Assembly: GCA_011523635.1 (NCBI GenBank)
Contig: WTGI01000072.1
Coordinates: 592-64,591, forward strand
Reading direction: 5' to 3'
Origin: Acidimicrobiia bacterium
GTDB taxonomy: Bacteria > Actinomycetota > Acidimicrobiia > Spongiisociales > Spongiisociaceae
DNA length: 64,000 bases
Numbering within the stretch: the first letter of the stretch is position 1; each line of letters starts with the position of its first letter. Positions 1 to 9,106 of the stretch are shown piece after piece. The notes beneath the pieces were generated by a model. That model was not told the origin of the DNA. It searched no databases and saw only the letters and a program-made list of their open reading frames with translations. The position numbers and the translations under genes are program-made.

Positions 1-1
1 G

Positions 2-886
2 CTCACCGGCCGCCTGGTCGAAGTAGCGCAGGTCCTTTCCCGAGGCTTTCGAATGCTGGCGCAGATCGAAGTCGGTCCGGTTGGCGATGCCCTCCAGCTC
101 GTCCCAGCCCCACGGGAACCGGTACTCGACGTCGTAGGTGGCGACCGCGTAGTGCGCCAGTTCGTCCTCGGTGTGGCTGCGCAGCCTGATGCTGGCGGCG
201 TCCATGCCCAGGTCGAGGTACCACTGGTGCCTCTCCTCCACCCAGTATTCGAACCAGCCGTCGGCGTGATCGGGATGGGTGAAGAACTCCATCTCCATCT
301 GCTCGAACTCCCGGGTGCGGAAGACGAACTGTCCCGGAGTGATCTCGTTGCGGAACGACTTGCCGAGCTGGGCGATCCCGAAAGGGAGCTTGAGCCGGGC
401 CACCCGCCGAACGTTCTCGAAGTTGGTGAAGATGCCCTGGGCCGTCTCGGGACGCAGGTAGACGAGGTTGGAGTCGGAGGCGACCGGGCCCATGTGTGTC
501 CTGAACATCAGGTTGAAGTCGCGGGCCTCGGTGAAGGAGCCGCGGGTGCCGCACGTCGGACACTGGTCCGGGCTCTGCAGGCGGTCGAACCGGTGGCGGG
601 CATGGCAGGAGACGCACTCCACGAGAGGGTCGTTGAACTGGCCCACGTGCCCGGAGGCCTCCCAGACCTGGGGCGACTGGATGATCGCCGAATCGATCCC
701 GACCACGTCGTCCCGCAGCTGCACCATCGACCGCCACCATGCCTCCTTCACGTTGCGGAGCAGGGCCACGCCGAGAGGCCCGTAGTCGTAGGCCGACCGG
801 AGGCCGCCGTATATCTCCGAAGCCCGGAAGACGAAGCCGCGCTTGGTGGCCAGGTTCACGATCGTCTCGAAACTGGGAGCGGTCAT
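2..886 (-). CDS. glyQS: glycine--tRNA ligase (class II, GlyQS type), N-terminal 295 codons; gene runs off the left edge
   Basis: This ORF is absent from the supplied track because it has no in-window stop. My reverse-strand translation from ATG 886-884 reads MTAPSFETIVNLATKRGFVFRASEIYGGLRSAYDYGPLGVALLRNVKEAWWRSMVQLRDDVVGIDSAII...QVWEASGHVGQFNDPL, a typical GlyRS N-terminus. The listed ORFs 3..1040(-) and 53..1033(+) are off-frame. Confidence 0.9.
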   Translation of the reverse strand, partial: MTAPSFETIVNLATKRGFVFRASEIYGGLRSAYDYGPLGVALLRNVKEAWWRSMVQLRDDVVGIDSAIIQSPQVWEASGHVGQFNDPLVECVSCHARHRFDRLQSPDQCPTCGTRGSFTEARDFNLMFRTHMGPVASDSNLVYLRPETAQGIFTNFENVRRVARLKLPFGIAQLGKSFRNEITPGQFVFRTREFEQMEMEFFTHPDHADGWFEYWVEERHQWYLDLGMDAASIRLRSHTEDELAHYAVATYDVEYRFPWGWDELEGIANRTDFDLRQHSKASGKDLRYFDQAAGE

Positions 887-1194
887 CAGGACTCAATCGG
901 GAGAGGGTACGGGACCGGGACGATGGTACCCGGCCCCGGCCGGATACCGAGCAGCCTGAGAGGATGCTCTGATACGGGGATGACCTTGCACTCGCCGCAA
1001 CGGGTCCCCGAGACGGGATCAATAGGACGCTGATCCGCACCTTGTTCCGGCAATCGGACGAACCTCAGGATCAGGGCACCGCCGATGATGTTCTGTGCAT
1101 CGAGAATGGTGCACTCGCTGAACTTGAGGCTCAGGACGTCATATATGGCGTTCTCTGCCTCAAGTTCCGAAACTCGCGAAAAACGGTGCTCCAC
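886..1194 (-). CDS. hypothetical small protein (about 102 aa) translationally coupled to glyQS
   Basis: This is the C-terminal part of ORF 886..1437(-). A GTG at 1194-1192 is preceded by GGGGGAGGG (SD-like). The stop TGA (888-886) shares one nt with the glyQS ATG (TGATG). The sequence VEHRFSRVSELEAENAIYDVLSLKFSECTILDAQNIIGGALILRFV...RCGECKV is protein-like with moderate GC3. I recognise no family. Confidence 0.45.
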   Translation of the reverse strand: MEHRFSRVSELEAENAIYDVLSLKFSECTILDAQNIIGGALILRFVRLPEQGADQRPIDPVSGTRCGECKVIPVSEHPLRLLGIRPGPGTIVPVPYPLPIES

Positions 1195-1467
1195 ACCGGG
1201 CCCTCCCCCGCCACCACCTGTCCTTGGCTTGGGGCGTGTTCGGCCATGCCCGAGCCGGTGGCGGGTTACGGCGGGCTCGCCCCTTTGGAGCCTCTGAATG
1301 TTCCCTGCGGGCCAGACCGGTCCGATCGGTGAGACGCTTGCGGCTGGTGTAGGTGCTTGGCGTTGGGCAACGTATCGAAGGACTGTGACACTTTCAAGAC
1401 CTTCGTTCCGGGAGCCGTTGTCCGCTCGGGATCTCACGGACCGAGCACAGGCATTGGGGTCGGCTGG

Positions 1468-2223
1468 CTAGGGAGACCGGTTCGGGAGGGCGCCTCCGAA
1501 GCGGCGGCGGCGGCGTTGGTACTCGACCACGGCATCCACCAGATGCTGGGCGCCGAACTCCGGCCATAGCGTTTCGGTGAAGACCAGCTCGGAGTAGGCG
1601 CTGCCCCAGAGGAGGAAGTTGGATATCCGCATCTCGCCGGAGGTGCGGACGATCAGGTCCGGGTCGGGCATGTCGGGAACGTACAGGCGCCCGGCGATGT
1701 CGTCCTCGGTGATCTCGCCGGGTTCCCGCCGCCCGTCCGATACCTCCGTCGCCAGCGTTCGGACGGCGCGGGCGATCTCCGCCCGTCCCCCGTAGTTGAA
1801 GGCCAGCACGAGGCTCAGCCGGCGGTTGGAGGCGGTGCGTCGCGCCGCATCCTGCATCAGCGCTCGGTTGCGATCGGGGATGCGTGGGTCGGCCAGGTCA
1901 CCGGCGAAGCAGATCCGGACCCCCATGTCCGCCAGGGAGCCCAGCCGGCGCAACAGGATGTCCTCGTTGAACCACATCAGGAACGAGACCTCGTCGGGGT
2001 GGCGGGACCAGTTCTCCGTGGAGAACGTGTAGGCGGAGAGCCAGCTCAGGCCGATCTCCAGCGCCCCTTCCACGCATTCGAACAGCACGGTCTCGCCGGC
2101 CGCGTGACCGCCGGTGCGGGGCAGGTTGCGGGCCAGCGCCCAGCGTCCGTTTCCGTCCATGATGAGGCCGACATGGGCGGGGAGCCGGCTCCGGTCGAGA
2201 CGGCTCAGGTCGAGGGTGGGCAC
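1468..2223 (-). CDS. uppS: isoprenyl transferase / undecaprenyl-diphosphate synthase
   Basis: This is the C-terminal 251 codons of ORF 1468..3033(-). The motifs are HVGLIMDGNGRWA...SAYTFSTENWSR...FNYGGRAEI...IRTSGEMRISNFLLWGSAYSEL. A GTG start at 2223 lies just downstream of the recO stop. The rest of the 521-aa ORF is off-frame overlap with recO. Confidence 0.9.
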   Translation of the reverse strand: MPTLDLSRLDRSRLPAHVGLIMDGNGRWALARNLPRTGGHAAGETVLFECVEGALEIGLSWLSAYTFSTENWSRHPDEVSFLMWFNEDILLRRLGSLADMGVRICFAGDLADPRIPDRNRALMQDAARRTASNRRLSLVLAFNYGGRAEIARAVRTLATEVSDGRREPGEITEDDIAGRLYVPDMPDPDLIVRTSGEMRISNFLLWGSAYSELVFTETLWPEFGAQHLVDAVVEYQRRRRRFGGALPNRSP

Positions 2224-2243
2224 GCCCGCCGCCGATCCCTCGC

Positions 2244-2975
2244 TCAACGGGGCCCCCGACCGGCGCTGAATGCGAGGCCGCCCAGCCCCGACTCGATGTG
2301 GTATTCGACGAACCTCCGTACCAGCCCCACCGCGTCGGGAGCGAGCTTGCTGTCGGGGGTGGTGAAGCCGGACAGGTCGGCTGCCGAGAGACGGGCCAGG
2401 TGCTCGGTCAGGCCTTCCCTCAGGCGGAAGGTTCCCCCGGCGTCGCAGCGTTCGCAGATCAGGCCCCCGCCCGCCATGCTGAACCTGCCGAGGCGGCTCC
2501 GGGCGCCGCAGGCCGCGCAGTGCTCGAGGGCCGGGGCCTGGCCGATGGCCTGCGACAGCTTGAGCAGGAAGGATGCCAGCAGGTCCATGCCTCCGGCGCC
2601 CATCTCGAGGGCGCGCAGCCCCCGCAGGAGGAGCAGGAAGATCCGGTGGGAGGGCTCCTCCTCGACCACCACCTTGCCGACCGCCTCCGCCATGGTGCCA
2701 GCCACCATCACCGCGTCGAGATCCTGGCGGAGCCTGGGAAAGGCCTCGATCACCGCCACCTGGGTCACCGTGGCCAGGTTGCGGCCCTGGTAAAGCACCA
2801 GATCGACGTGGGTGAGGGGTTCGAGCCGTCCCCCGAACCGGCTCCTGGTCCTCCGGACCCCCTTGGCGACCGCCCGCACCTGGCCACGATTGGGGCTGAT
2901 GATGACCACGACGCGGTCGGCCTCCCCGAACGGGTAGCCGCGCAGGACGATTCCCTGATCGTGGCGGATCGACAT
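2244..2975 (-). CDS. recO: DNA repair protein RecO
   Basis: This lies in ORF 2244..3101(-), with an internal ATG at 2975. The sequence MSIRHDQGIVLRGYPFGEADRVVVIISPNRGQVRAVAKGVRRTRSRFGGRLEPLTHVDLVLYQGRNL plus the C-terminal zinc motif CAACG...CERC fits RecO. The recO-uppS order is typical of actinobacteria. Confidence 0.88.
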   Translation of the reverse strand: MSIRHDQGIVLRGYPFGEADRVVVIISPNRGQVRAVAKGVRRTRSRFGGRLEPLTHVDLVLYQGRNLATVTQVAVIEAFPRLRQDLDAVMVAGTMAEAVGKVVVEEEPSHRIFLLLLRGLRALEMGAGGMDLLASFLLKLSQAIGQAPALEHCAACGARSRLGRFSMAGGGLICERCDAGGTFRLREGLTEHLARLSAADLSGFTTPDSKLAPDAVGLVRRFVEYHIESGLGGLAFSAGRGPR

Positions 2976-3147
2976 TCCTCTCCCCGGATCGCAGCCTGGG
3001 CGCGTGCCCTGGCGAGGGTACCCGGCCCGCCACCGGATGTGAGTTAACCCCAATTCTTCATGCCGGGATGGCCGGTTGCCCGATAACGAAAGGAAGGGCA
3101 CCGGACCTCTGCCCCTGTCTATGAAGAATCGGGGTTATGGTGGGTGC

Positions 3148-3429
3148 ATGGCGCTTCTGGACGGATCGGAGAGACAGGCCTTCCTCGAGTCCCATCCGGG
3201 CTGGGAGATACGGGATGAGACGATCTCCCGGACCTTCGTCCTCGCCGACTTCGCCTCGGCCGTCGGCTTCGTGGCCTCGGTGGGGGTGGTGGCGGAGCGC
3301 GCCTTCCACCATCCCGATATCGACATCCGCTACCGGCGGGTCACCATCTCGCTGACCACCCATGACGAGGGCGGCCTCACCCGCAAGGACACCGACCTGG
3401 CCACCCGGATCGACCGTCTCGCCACCTGA
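3148..3429 (+). CDS. pterin-4-alpha-carbinolamine dehydratase (PCD/DCoH family)
   Basis: This lies in ORF 3076..3429(+). The sequence WEIRDETISRTFVLADFASAVGFVASVGVVAERAFHHPDIDIRYRRVTISLTTHDEGGLT fits the family. I chose the ATG at 3148 from typical family length. An ATG at 3121 or 3076 is also possible. Confidence 0.8.
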   Translation: MALLDGSERQAFLESHPGWEIRDETISRTFVLADFASAVGFVASVGVVAERAFHHPDIDIRYRRVTISLTTHDEGGLTRKDTDLATRIDRLAT

Positions 3430-3470
3430 CCTACCCCTGCCGTGCCACCCGGCGCGTTTAACCTGAACTC

Positions 3471-4154
3471 GTGAGCAGTGGAAGGCTTCTCGTAGTCGAG
3501 GACGACCAGGAGGTGCGCCGGTCGCTGCGCCGGGCCCTACGGTTGGAGGGGTACGAGGTCGCCACGGCCGTGGACGGCATGGCGGGGATCGAGCAGCTGG
3601 CCATCCAACCCGCCGACGCCATCATCCTCGATGTCATGATGCCCCGCCTGGACGGCCTGGGAATGGCTCGGCACCTCCGGGCCCTCGGCGACAGGACACC
3701 CATCCTGATGCTCACCGCCCGCCACGACGTCTCGAACCGGGTAGAGGGGTTGGATGCCGGCGCCGACGACTACCTGGTCAAGCCGTTCGCCCTGGACGAG
3801 TTGCTGGCCAGGATCAGGGCTCTGCTCCGCCGCAGCGGGGCTTCCGATGGCGACGACGCCCTCCATCTCGCAGACCTCACCCTCAATCCCGCCACCCGGC
3901 AGGTCCACAGAGGAGACCGCGAGGTCCAACTCACCAAAACCGAGTTCGATCTGCTGGAGCTACTCCTGGTCAACGCCAGGATCGTGCTGTCCCGGGACGT
4001 GATAATGGACCGCATCTGGGGCTACTCGTTCGAGACCTCCTCGAACCCCCTGGAGGTCTACATCGGCTACGTGCGGCGCAAGCTCGAGGCCGATGGGGAG
4101 CCTCGCCTCATCCACACCGTGCGTGGGGTCGGCTACGTGGCAAGGGAGCCATGA
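3471..4154 (+). CDS. OmpR-family two-component response regulator
   Basis: The receiver domain reads [14 protein letters not shown]...[12 protein letters not shown]...[27 protein letters not shown]. The winged-helix output reads [12 protein letters not shown]...[11 protein letters not shown]...IHTVRGVGY. Confidence 0.92.
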   Translation: MSSGRLLVVEDDQEVRRSLRRALRLEGYEVATAVDGMAGIEQLAIQPADAIILDVMMPRLDGLGMARHLRALGDRTPILMLTARHDVSNRVEGLDAGADDYLVKPFALDELLARIRALLRRSGASDGDDALHLADLTLNPATRQVHRGDREVQLTKTEFDLLELLLVNARIVLSRDVIMDRIWGYSFETSSNPLEVYIGYVRRKLEADGEPRLIHTVRGVGYVAREP

Positions 4155-5536
4155 GCCTGCGCTGGCGATGGGCGGTGGGGCTGGGCCTGGTGGCGGCCCT
4201 CGCCATCGGCCTCCTCACCCTGGCGGCCATCCTCTCGGTGGAGCGCCGGCTGCGCGGCGCCATGGACGAGGACCTGAGGGAGCGGGCCACCCAGGTCCAC
4301 GAGCTGACCGGAGGCTTCGAGGAGGGCGAGGAGCGGCGCGAGGAAGTACTGCCCCGGATCGTCAACGACGCCGCCGTCCAGGCCTTCGACGAGACCGGCG
4401 CCGTCCTGCTCCGGTTGGGGCCGGCCGGCGTTACCCCACCCGTGGACGCCGCCGACCTGGAGGTGGTCGCCGGCACCAGGCCCGCGCTTCTCCGGGACAT
4501 CCGCATAGGCGACACCCCGTACAGGATGATCACGGTCCGGGTGCTACTCCGGGAGAACAATCCGGGCACGGTGGTCGCGTTCCAGATACTGTCCGACCAG
4601 TCCCAACTGGAGAGCAACCTGGCGGCCCTGACCGGACAACTCCTCTCCATCGGCGCCATCGGGGTCCTGCTGGTGGCTATCACCGGCTGGATCTTGGCCT
4701 CGAGAGCGGTGCGCCCGATCAGCGATCTCACCCACGCGGCTGAGCACGTCGCCTCCACCGAGGACCTGTACGCCGCGGAGCGACTCGACATCTCGGCCCC
4801 CGCCGAGATCGGGCGCCTGGCCACGGCCTTCCGGTCGATGCTCAACTCGCTGCGGGTGTCGCGCCAGGAACAGCAACGCCTGGTCTCCGATGCCGGGCAC
4901 GAGTTCCGGACACCGATCACCGCCCTCAAGACCAACCTGGAGGTCCTCCGGCGCCAGGAGGACCGGCTCGGGGAGGGGGAACGGGACGAGCTGATCGAGG
5001 CGGCGCTCCGGGAGTCCAACCAGCTGGCCCAACTGGCTGCCGAGATGGTGGACCTGACCTCCGATGTGCGTCATGCCGCGGAACCTATCCAGGAGGTCGA
5101 CCTGGGAGCGTTGGCCCTCGAGCTCCGTTCCCGCTACGCGCGGCTACCCGGCAAGGAGGTCACCGTCTCGGGTGGGAGCTTGGTGGTGGCCGGGCGCCGG
5201 ACCCAGCTGGAGCGGGCCATGAGCAACCTGGTCGACAACGGCATCAAGTGGGCGGAGCGCCGGGTGGAGATCGTCCTCGACCAGGGAACGGTCACCGTGC
5301 GGGACGACGGCCCCGGCATTCCCGAGGACGATCTACCCCATGTGTTCCTGCGGTTCCACCGGTCGGTCGAGGCCCGTTCGATGCCCGGATCCGGCCTGGG
5401 GCTGGCGATAGTGGACCATTTGATCGGCGCGCACGGAGGAGAGGTGTTCGCAAGGAACTCCGCCGACGGCGGTGCTGAGGTGGGGTTCACCCTGCCCCCG
5501 GCGGAGCGGGAGGAGGCGAGTCCGGAGGCAGGGTGA
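4151..5536 (+). CDS. sensor histidine kinase (TM-sensor-TM, HAMP, HisKA, HATPase_c)
   Basis: An ATGA overlap links it to the regulator gene. The H-box is [12 protein letters not shown], the N-box is NLVDNGIKW, and the G-boxes are DDGPGIP and GSGLGLAIV. Confidence 0.9.
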   Translation: MSLRWRWAVGLGLVAALAIGLLTLAAILSVERRLRGAMDEDLRERATQVHELTGGFEEGEERREEVLPRIVNDAAVQAFDETGAVLLRLGPAGVTPPVDAADLEVVAGTRPALLRDIRIGDTPYRMITVRVLLRENNPGTVVAFQILSDQSQLESNLAALTGQLLSIGAIGVLLVAITGWILASRAVRPISDLTHAAEHVASTEDLYAAERLDISAPAEIGRLATAFRSMLNSLRVSRQEQQRLVSDAGHEFRTPITALKTNLEVLRRQEDRLGEGERDELIEAALRESNQLAQLAAEMVDLTSDVRHAAEPIQEVDLGALALELRSRYARLPGKEVTVSGGSLVVAGRRTQLERAMSNLVDNGIKWAERRVEIVLDQGTVTVRDDGPGIPEDDLPHVFLRFHRSVEARSMPGSGLGLAIVDHLIGAHGGEVFARNSADGGAEVGFTLPPAEREEASPEAG

Positions 5537-5568
5537 ACCCGGGTTGGCCTGGCTTCGGCGGCTTGACC

Positions 5569-5736
5569 TCACTCTCGGGGAAGAGGCTGCGGCGTGCCGG
5601 CCGGCACCCCTTCCCCGGCTCTTTCCGTACCGCTCTCACCGGGCTCTCCAGCCGGCGCCGGATCGGCCCGGGCCAGGGCTACGGCGGCGGCGCCGACCAC
5701 CAGCACCGCCGCTCCTACGAGTCCCGCTAATCGCAT
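5569..5736 (-). CDS. putative small exported or membrane-anchored peptide (55 aa)
   Basis: This is inside ORF 5569..5769(-). The ATG at 5736 sits 5 nt after a strong SD (AGGAAGGAG). The sequence is MRLAGLVGAAVLVVGAAAVALARA|DPAPAGEPGESG..., a signal-peptide-like N-terminus followed by a Pro/Gly/Glu-rich tail. I recognise no homology. Confidence 0.4.
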   Translation of the reverse strand: MRLAGLVGAAVLVVGAAAVALARADPAPAGEPGESGTERAGEGVPAGTPQPLPRE

Positions 5737-5897
5737 TCCGGCTCCTTCCTGTCGTATCTGCTGGTGCAAATATGGAAGCCCGGCCTGTGACTTCGCTGAG
5801 AGGGGCCTTAGAGAATCCTGAGAATCGGTGCGCGCCGGCGAATTTTCGCCGCGACCATCGGAGGTCGGATGTCGGTGTTATCCCAAGTAATCAGCAA

Positions 5898-6704
5898 CTA
5901 GAGATCAAATGGTGTGTCCGTGAAGAAGTCGCTCACCTTGGGTGTCTTGCCGGCGGCCTTGGGAGCGGCGATGCCCAGGCGGGAACGCACCGCCCTGTAG
6001 CCGCCGTCCTCCAGCTCGTCCGCGAGCTCCGGCCCTCCGGAGTCGACGATGGCGCCGTCCATCATGATGTGCACCCGGTCGGGCCGGACGTGGTTGAGGA
6101 TGCGGCTGTAGTGCGTGATCATCAGGATGGCCACCTCGTCGCTCCGCATCTCCTCCACGGCGGCGGCTACCTCGCGGACCGAGTCGATGTCCAGCCCGGA
6201 GTCGATCTCGTCCAGCACCATCACCCGCGGCTCCAGGACGGCCAACTGGAAGACCTCGGAGCGCTTCTTCTCACCTCCGGACAGATCCCCGTTCACGGAC
6301 CGGTTGAGGAACCGTTCCATCCGGAGGCGCCGGGCCTGGGTGGCGATCCGCTCCCTGGCCTCCTCCGGGCCGGCACCCAGCGCCACCGCCGCCTCTTCGA
6401 GCAGCACGGCCAGATCCAGTCCGGGAATACCCACCGGATACTGGAGGGCCTGGAACAGACCGGCCTGAGCCCGTTCGTGGACGTCCAGATCCACGATCGA
6501 GGCCCCATCCACGGCTACGGCCCCCGACACCTCGTAGCCGGGCTTGCCGGCCAGGACGTGGCAGAGGGTGGACTTGCCCGACCCGTTGGGACCCATGATG
6601 GCGTGAACCTCACCGAACGGAACGTCCAGATCGACTCCCTTGAGGATGTCGAGCCCGCTGATGGAGGCGCGGAGCTCCCGCACCTGGAGCGCCGTCCTAC
6701 CCAT
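5898..6704 (-). CDS. sufC: Fe-S cluster assembly ATPase SufC
   Basis: The motifs are LQVRELRASISGLDILKGVDLDVPFGEVHAIMGPNGSGKSTL (Walker A), LSGGEKKR and VLDEIDSGLD. I chose the ATG at 6704, which has GGAG 6 nt upstream. The ATG at 6722 is an alternative. Confidence 0.92.
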   Translation of the reverse strand: MGRTALQVRELRASISGLDILKGVDLDVPFGEVHAIMGPNGSGKSTLCHVLAGKPGYEVSGAVAVDGASIVDLDVHERAQAGLFQALQYPVGIPGLDLAVLLEEAAVALGAGPEEARERIATQARRLRMERFLNRSVNGDLSGGEKKRSEVFQLAVLEPRVMVLDEIDSGLDIDSVREVAAAVEEMRSDEVAILMITHYSRILNHVRPDRVHIMMDGAIVDSGGPELADELEDGGYRAVRSRLGIAAPKAAGKTPKVSDFFTDTPFDL

Positions 6705-7023
6705 CGGTAACTCCGCCGTCATCCACCTTCACCATCACGCGGCTCTGCTCGAGCTTCACCTCGTAGGTTGGTACCGGCCGGGTGGCCGGCAGGCTCTGGG
6801 GTATTCCGGTCCGGATGTCGAACTCCGCCCCGTGGAGCGGGCACTCCACGTCGTAGTCCCATAGCTCACCCTCGGACAGGGAGGCAAAGGCATGGCTACA
6901 GATGTCGCCGATCACGTAGAAGTCGTCCCCGATGCGGAACAGGGCCAGAGCGTGACCGGCCAGGTCCACCCGCGACCCGCCCTCGGGGAAGGCATCCGCG
7001 GCGCCGGCGTCCAACCATGCCAT
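6697..7023 (-). CDS. Rieske [2Fe-2S] ferredoxin-like protein of the suf locus
   Basis: This is the C-terminal part of ORF 6697..7236(-). The Rieske ligands are CSHAFASL...CPLHGAEF. An ATGA overlap links it to the sufD stop. The position between sufD and sufC is typical of actinobacterial suf operons. Confidence 0.85.
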   Translation of the reverse strand: MAWLDAGAADAFPEGGSRVDLAGHALALFRIGDDFYVIGDICSHAFASLSEGELWDYDVECPLHGAEFDIRTGIPQSLPATRPVPTYEVKLEQSRVMVKVDDGGVTDG

Positions 7024-8261
7024 CAGGACGCAACCCGCTGCTGCGCACCGGCGAACTTGGCGGCCACCGCCCGCCGCGACGGCGCGGCCAGCTCGGGCAC
7101 GGCGAAGCCCGACAGTATCTCGTTGAAGAAGCCTCTCACCAGCAGGCGTTCGGCCGGGTTCCGGGGAAGCCCGCGGCTCATCAGGTAGTAGAGCTGCTGC
7201 TCGTCCAGCGGGCCCGAGGAGGACCCGTGGCCGCACTGGAGGTCGTCGGTGAGTATCTCCAGGTTGGGGACCGAGTTGACCTTCGCGCCGTCCGAGAGCA
7301 CCAGGTTGCGGTTGGTCTCGAAGGCAGAGGTTCCCCTGGCCCCTTTCTCGATCCTCATGAGGCCGGTCCAGACGGCGCGTGCCTTGTCGGCCACGGCGCC
7401 CTTGAGGAAGATATCGGACGTGGTACGGGGACCCCGATGGGTGACGTAGATGCGGTAGTCGAGGACCTGCGAGCCGTCGCCGAAGTAGATGCCCCCCATC
7501 TGGACCGACGATCCGGCCCCCGCCAGGGAGATCCCCAGCCGCTGCCGGGCGTACCGCCCTCCGAGACCCACCTCCCCGATCCGCAGGGTGGAGTCCCGCT
7601 CGGCCGCGTACTGGTGATGCGCCACCATGCGGGCCGGGTCGGACAGGTTCTGGACGACCGAGACGGACAGGCGGGCGCCGCGATCCGCCAGCGCCTCCAC
7701 TATGGGGCAGACCAGCAGCTCGGCACCCGGCGCCGAGCGGTACAGCACCACCACCGAGGCCTCCGAGTCGGGCTCTCCCACCACGGTCACGTGCGGGAAG
7801 CTGACCGCCCCCGCGGTCGCGGCCTGCACGTCGACGACCACCGGCGCCGCGAGCGTCCTGCCCGCCGGGATCGTCACCACCGCTCCGGGCGGCGCCATGG
7901 CGTGGTTGGCAGCGGCGAACACGTCGACCTCGGGGGATGCCATCGATCCGTAGAGGCTTACCGGCCGACCGTTCGGCACGTCAACCGTCCGATGAACCTC
8001 GATCTCGCCGGGCCCGACATCCACCACGGCGCCGTCGACCATCGTCAGGCGCCCGCTCACCTCGCCCAGCGCCTCGAGGTACTCGTCGGGACCCAGTCCG
8101 CCGGACGGTGCGGTGGCGGGACGGAAGTCGTCGAGGACGAAGTCGATGTCCACGTACTTCCAGTCCTCGTCCTTGGGGCCGGGCATGGCGGCGGACGCCA
8201 GGGCCTGGCGACCACGGTCGCGCAGGTCGGCGAGCCAGGCAGGCTCGTCGCCGATGGACAT
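7023..8261 (-). CDS. sufD: Fe-S cluster assembly protein SufD
   Basis: This lies in ORF 7023..8375(-), with ATG at 8261 (MSIGDEPAWLADLRDRG). The C-terminal signature is NLEILTDDLQCGHGSSSGPLDEQQLYYLMSRGLPRNPAERLLVRGF. Confidence 0.9.
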   Translation of the reverse strand: MSIGDEPAWLADLRDRGRQALASAAMPGPKDEDWKYVDIDFVLDDFRPATAPSGGLGPDEYLEALGEVSGRLTMVDGAVVDVGPGEIEVHRTVDVPNGRPVSLYGSMASPEVDVFAAANHAMAPPGAVVTIPAGRTLAAPVVVDVQAATAGAVSFPHVTVVGEPDSEASVVVLYRSAPGAELLVCPIVEALADRGARLSVSVVQNLSDPARMVAHHQYAAERDSTLRIGEVGLGGRYARQRLGISLAGAGSSVQMGGIYFGDGSQVLDYRIYVTHRGPRTTSDIFLKGAVADKARAVWTGLMRIEKGARGTSAFETNRNLVLSDGAKVNSVPNLEILTDDLQCGHGSSSGPLDEQQLYYLMSRGLPRNPAERLLVRGFFNEILSGFAVPELAAPSRRAVAAKFAGAQQRVAS

Positions 8262-8371
8262 GGTTGTCAGGGGTGAGGACAAGGGAACAGGTTCCTTCTT
8301 CCGGAATCCGGCGGGCGGATGGTAACGGTGAACCGATGCTATCCATCCGCCGTCAACCGGCCAAAGGCGGA

Positions 8372-9106
8372 TCAACTACCGATCAGGCGGGCCGCCCGGG
8401 CGAACACCGCGTCCAGCATGTCCTCGGTCAGCTTCCCCGTGAAGGTGTTCTGCTGGGAGGGGTGATAGCAGCCGATGATCGAGGGGGCTCCCCCGCCGGG
8501 GTGTACCTCGACGCCGTGGGAGAAACGCGGCTTGGGGGTCGGGATCTCCCAGCCGCGGCGGCGGCCGATGCGCAGGGTCTGGTCGAAGGCCATACCGCCC
8601 AGCGCCACCACCACCCGCACGCGCCGGCACAGGTCGAGTTCCTGCTCGATCCAGGGGGCGCAGGTATCCCGCTCGGCCGCGGTGGGGCGGTTCTGGGGCG
8701 GGACGCATCTGACGATGGCCGTTATGGCGGCGTCGATCAGGCGGAAACCGTCATCCCGGTGGCCGGCGACCGGACGGTTGGCGAAACCCGCCCGGTGAAG
8801 GGTCCGGAACAGCCACTCCCCGGAGCGGTCCCCGGTGAACATCTGCCCGGTGCGGTTCGACCCGTGGGCGCCGGGGGCCAGGCCGATTATCAGCAACCTG
8901 GCCTCGGGACCGCCCAGCATCGGCACCGGTCGGGCCCAGTAGTCATGGTCTGCGTAGGCGGCCCGCTTCTTCACCGCCAACTCCTCCCTCCAAGCCACCA
9001 GGCGGGCGCACAACCGGCACTCGACCAGCTCGGCCTGGAGCCGGTCGAACGCAAGCGTCGGGACGGCGGGCCGGGCCCCCTCCCCGTCGTCCGGGGTCCT
9101 GATCAC
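8372..9106 (-). CDS. uracil-DNA glycosylase, family 5 (UdgB-like, 4Fe-4S)
   Basis: This lies in ORF 8372..9343(-). Motif A is IIGLAPGAHGSNRTGQMFTGD and motif B is GCYHPSQQN. Cys ligands are present (ECRLC, RCVPP, CAPW). The GTG at 9106 overlaps the upstream stop (GTGA). Confidence 0.85.
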   Translation of the reverse strand: MIRTPDDGEGARPAVPTLAFDRLQAELVECRLCARLVAWREELAVKKRAAYADHDYWARPVPMLGGPEARLLIIGLAPGAHGSNRTGQMFTGDRSGEWLFRTLHRAGFANRPVAGHRDDGFRLIDAAITAIVRCVPPQNRPTAAERDTCAPWIEQELDLCRRVRVVVALGGMAFDQTLRIGRRRGWEIPTPKPRFSHGVEVHPGGGAPSIIGCYHPSQQNTFTGKLTEDMLDAVFARAARLIGS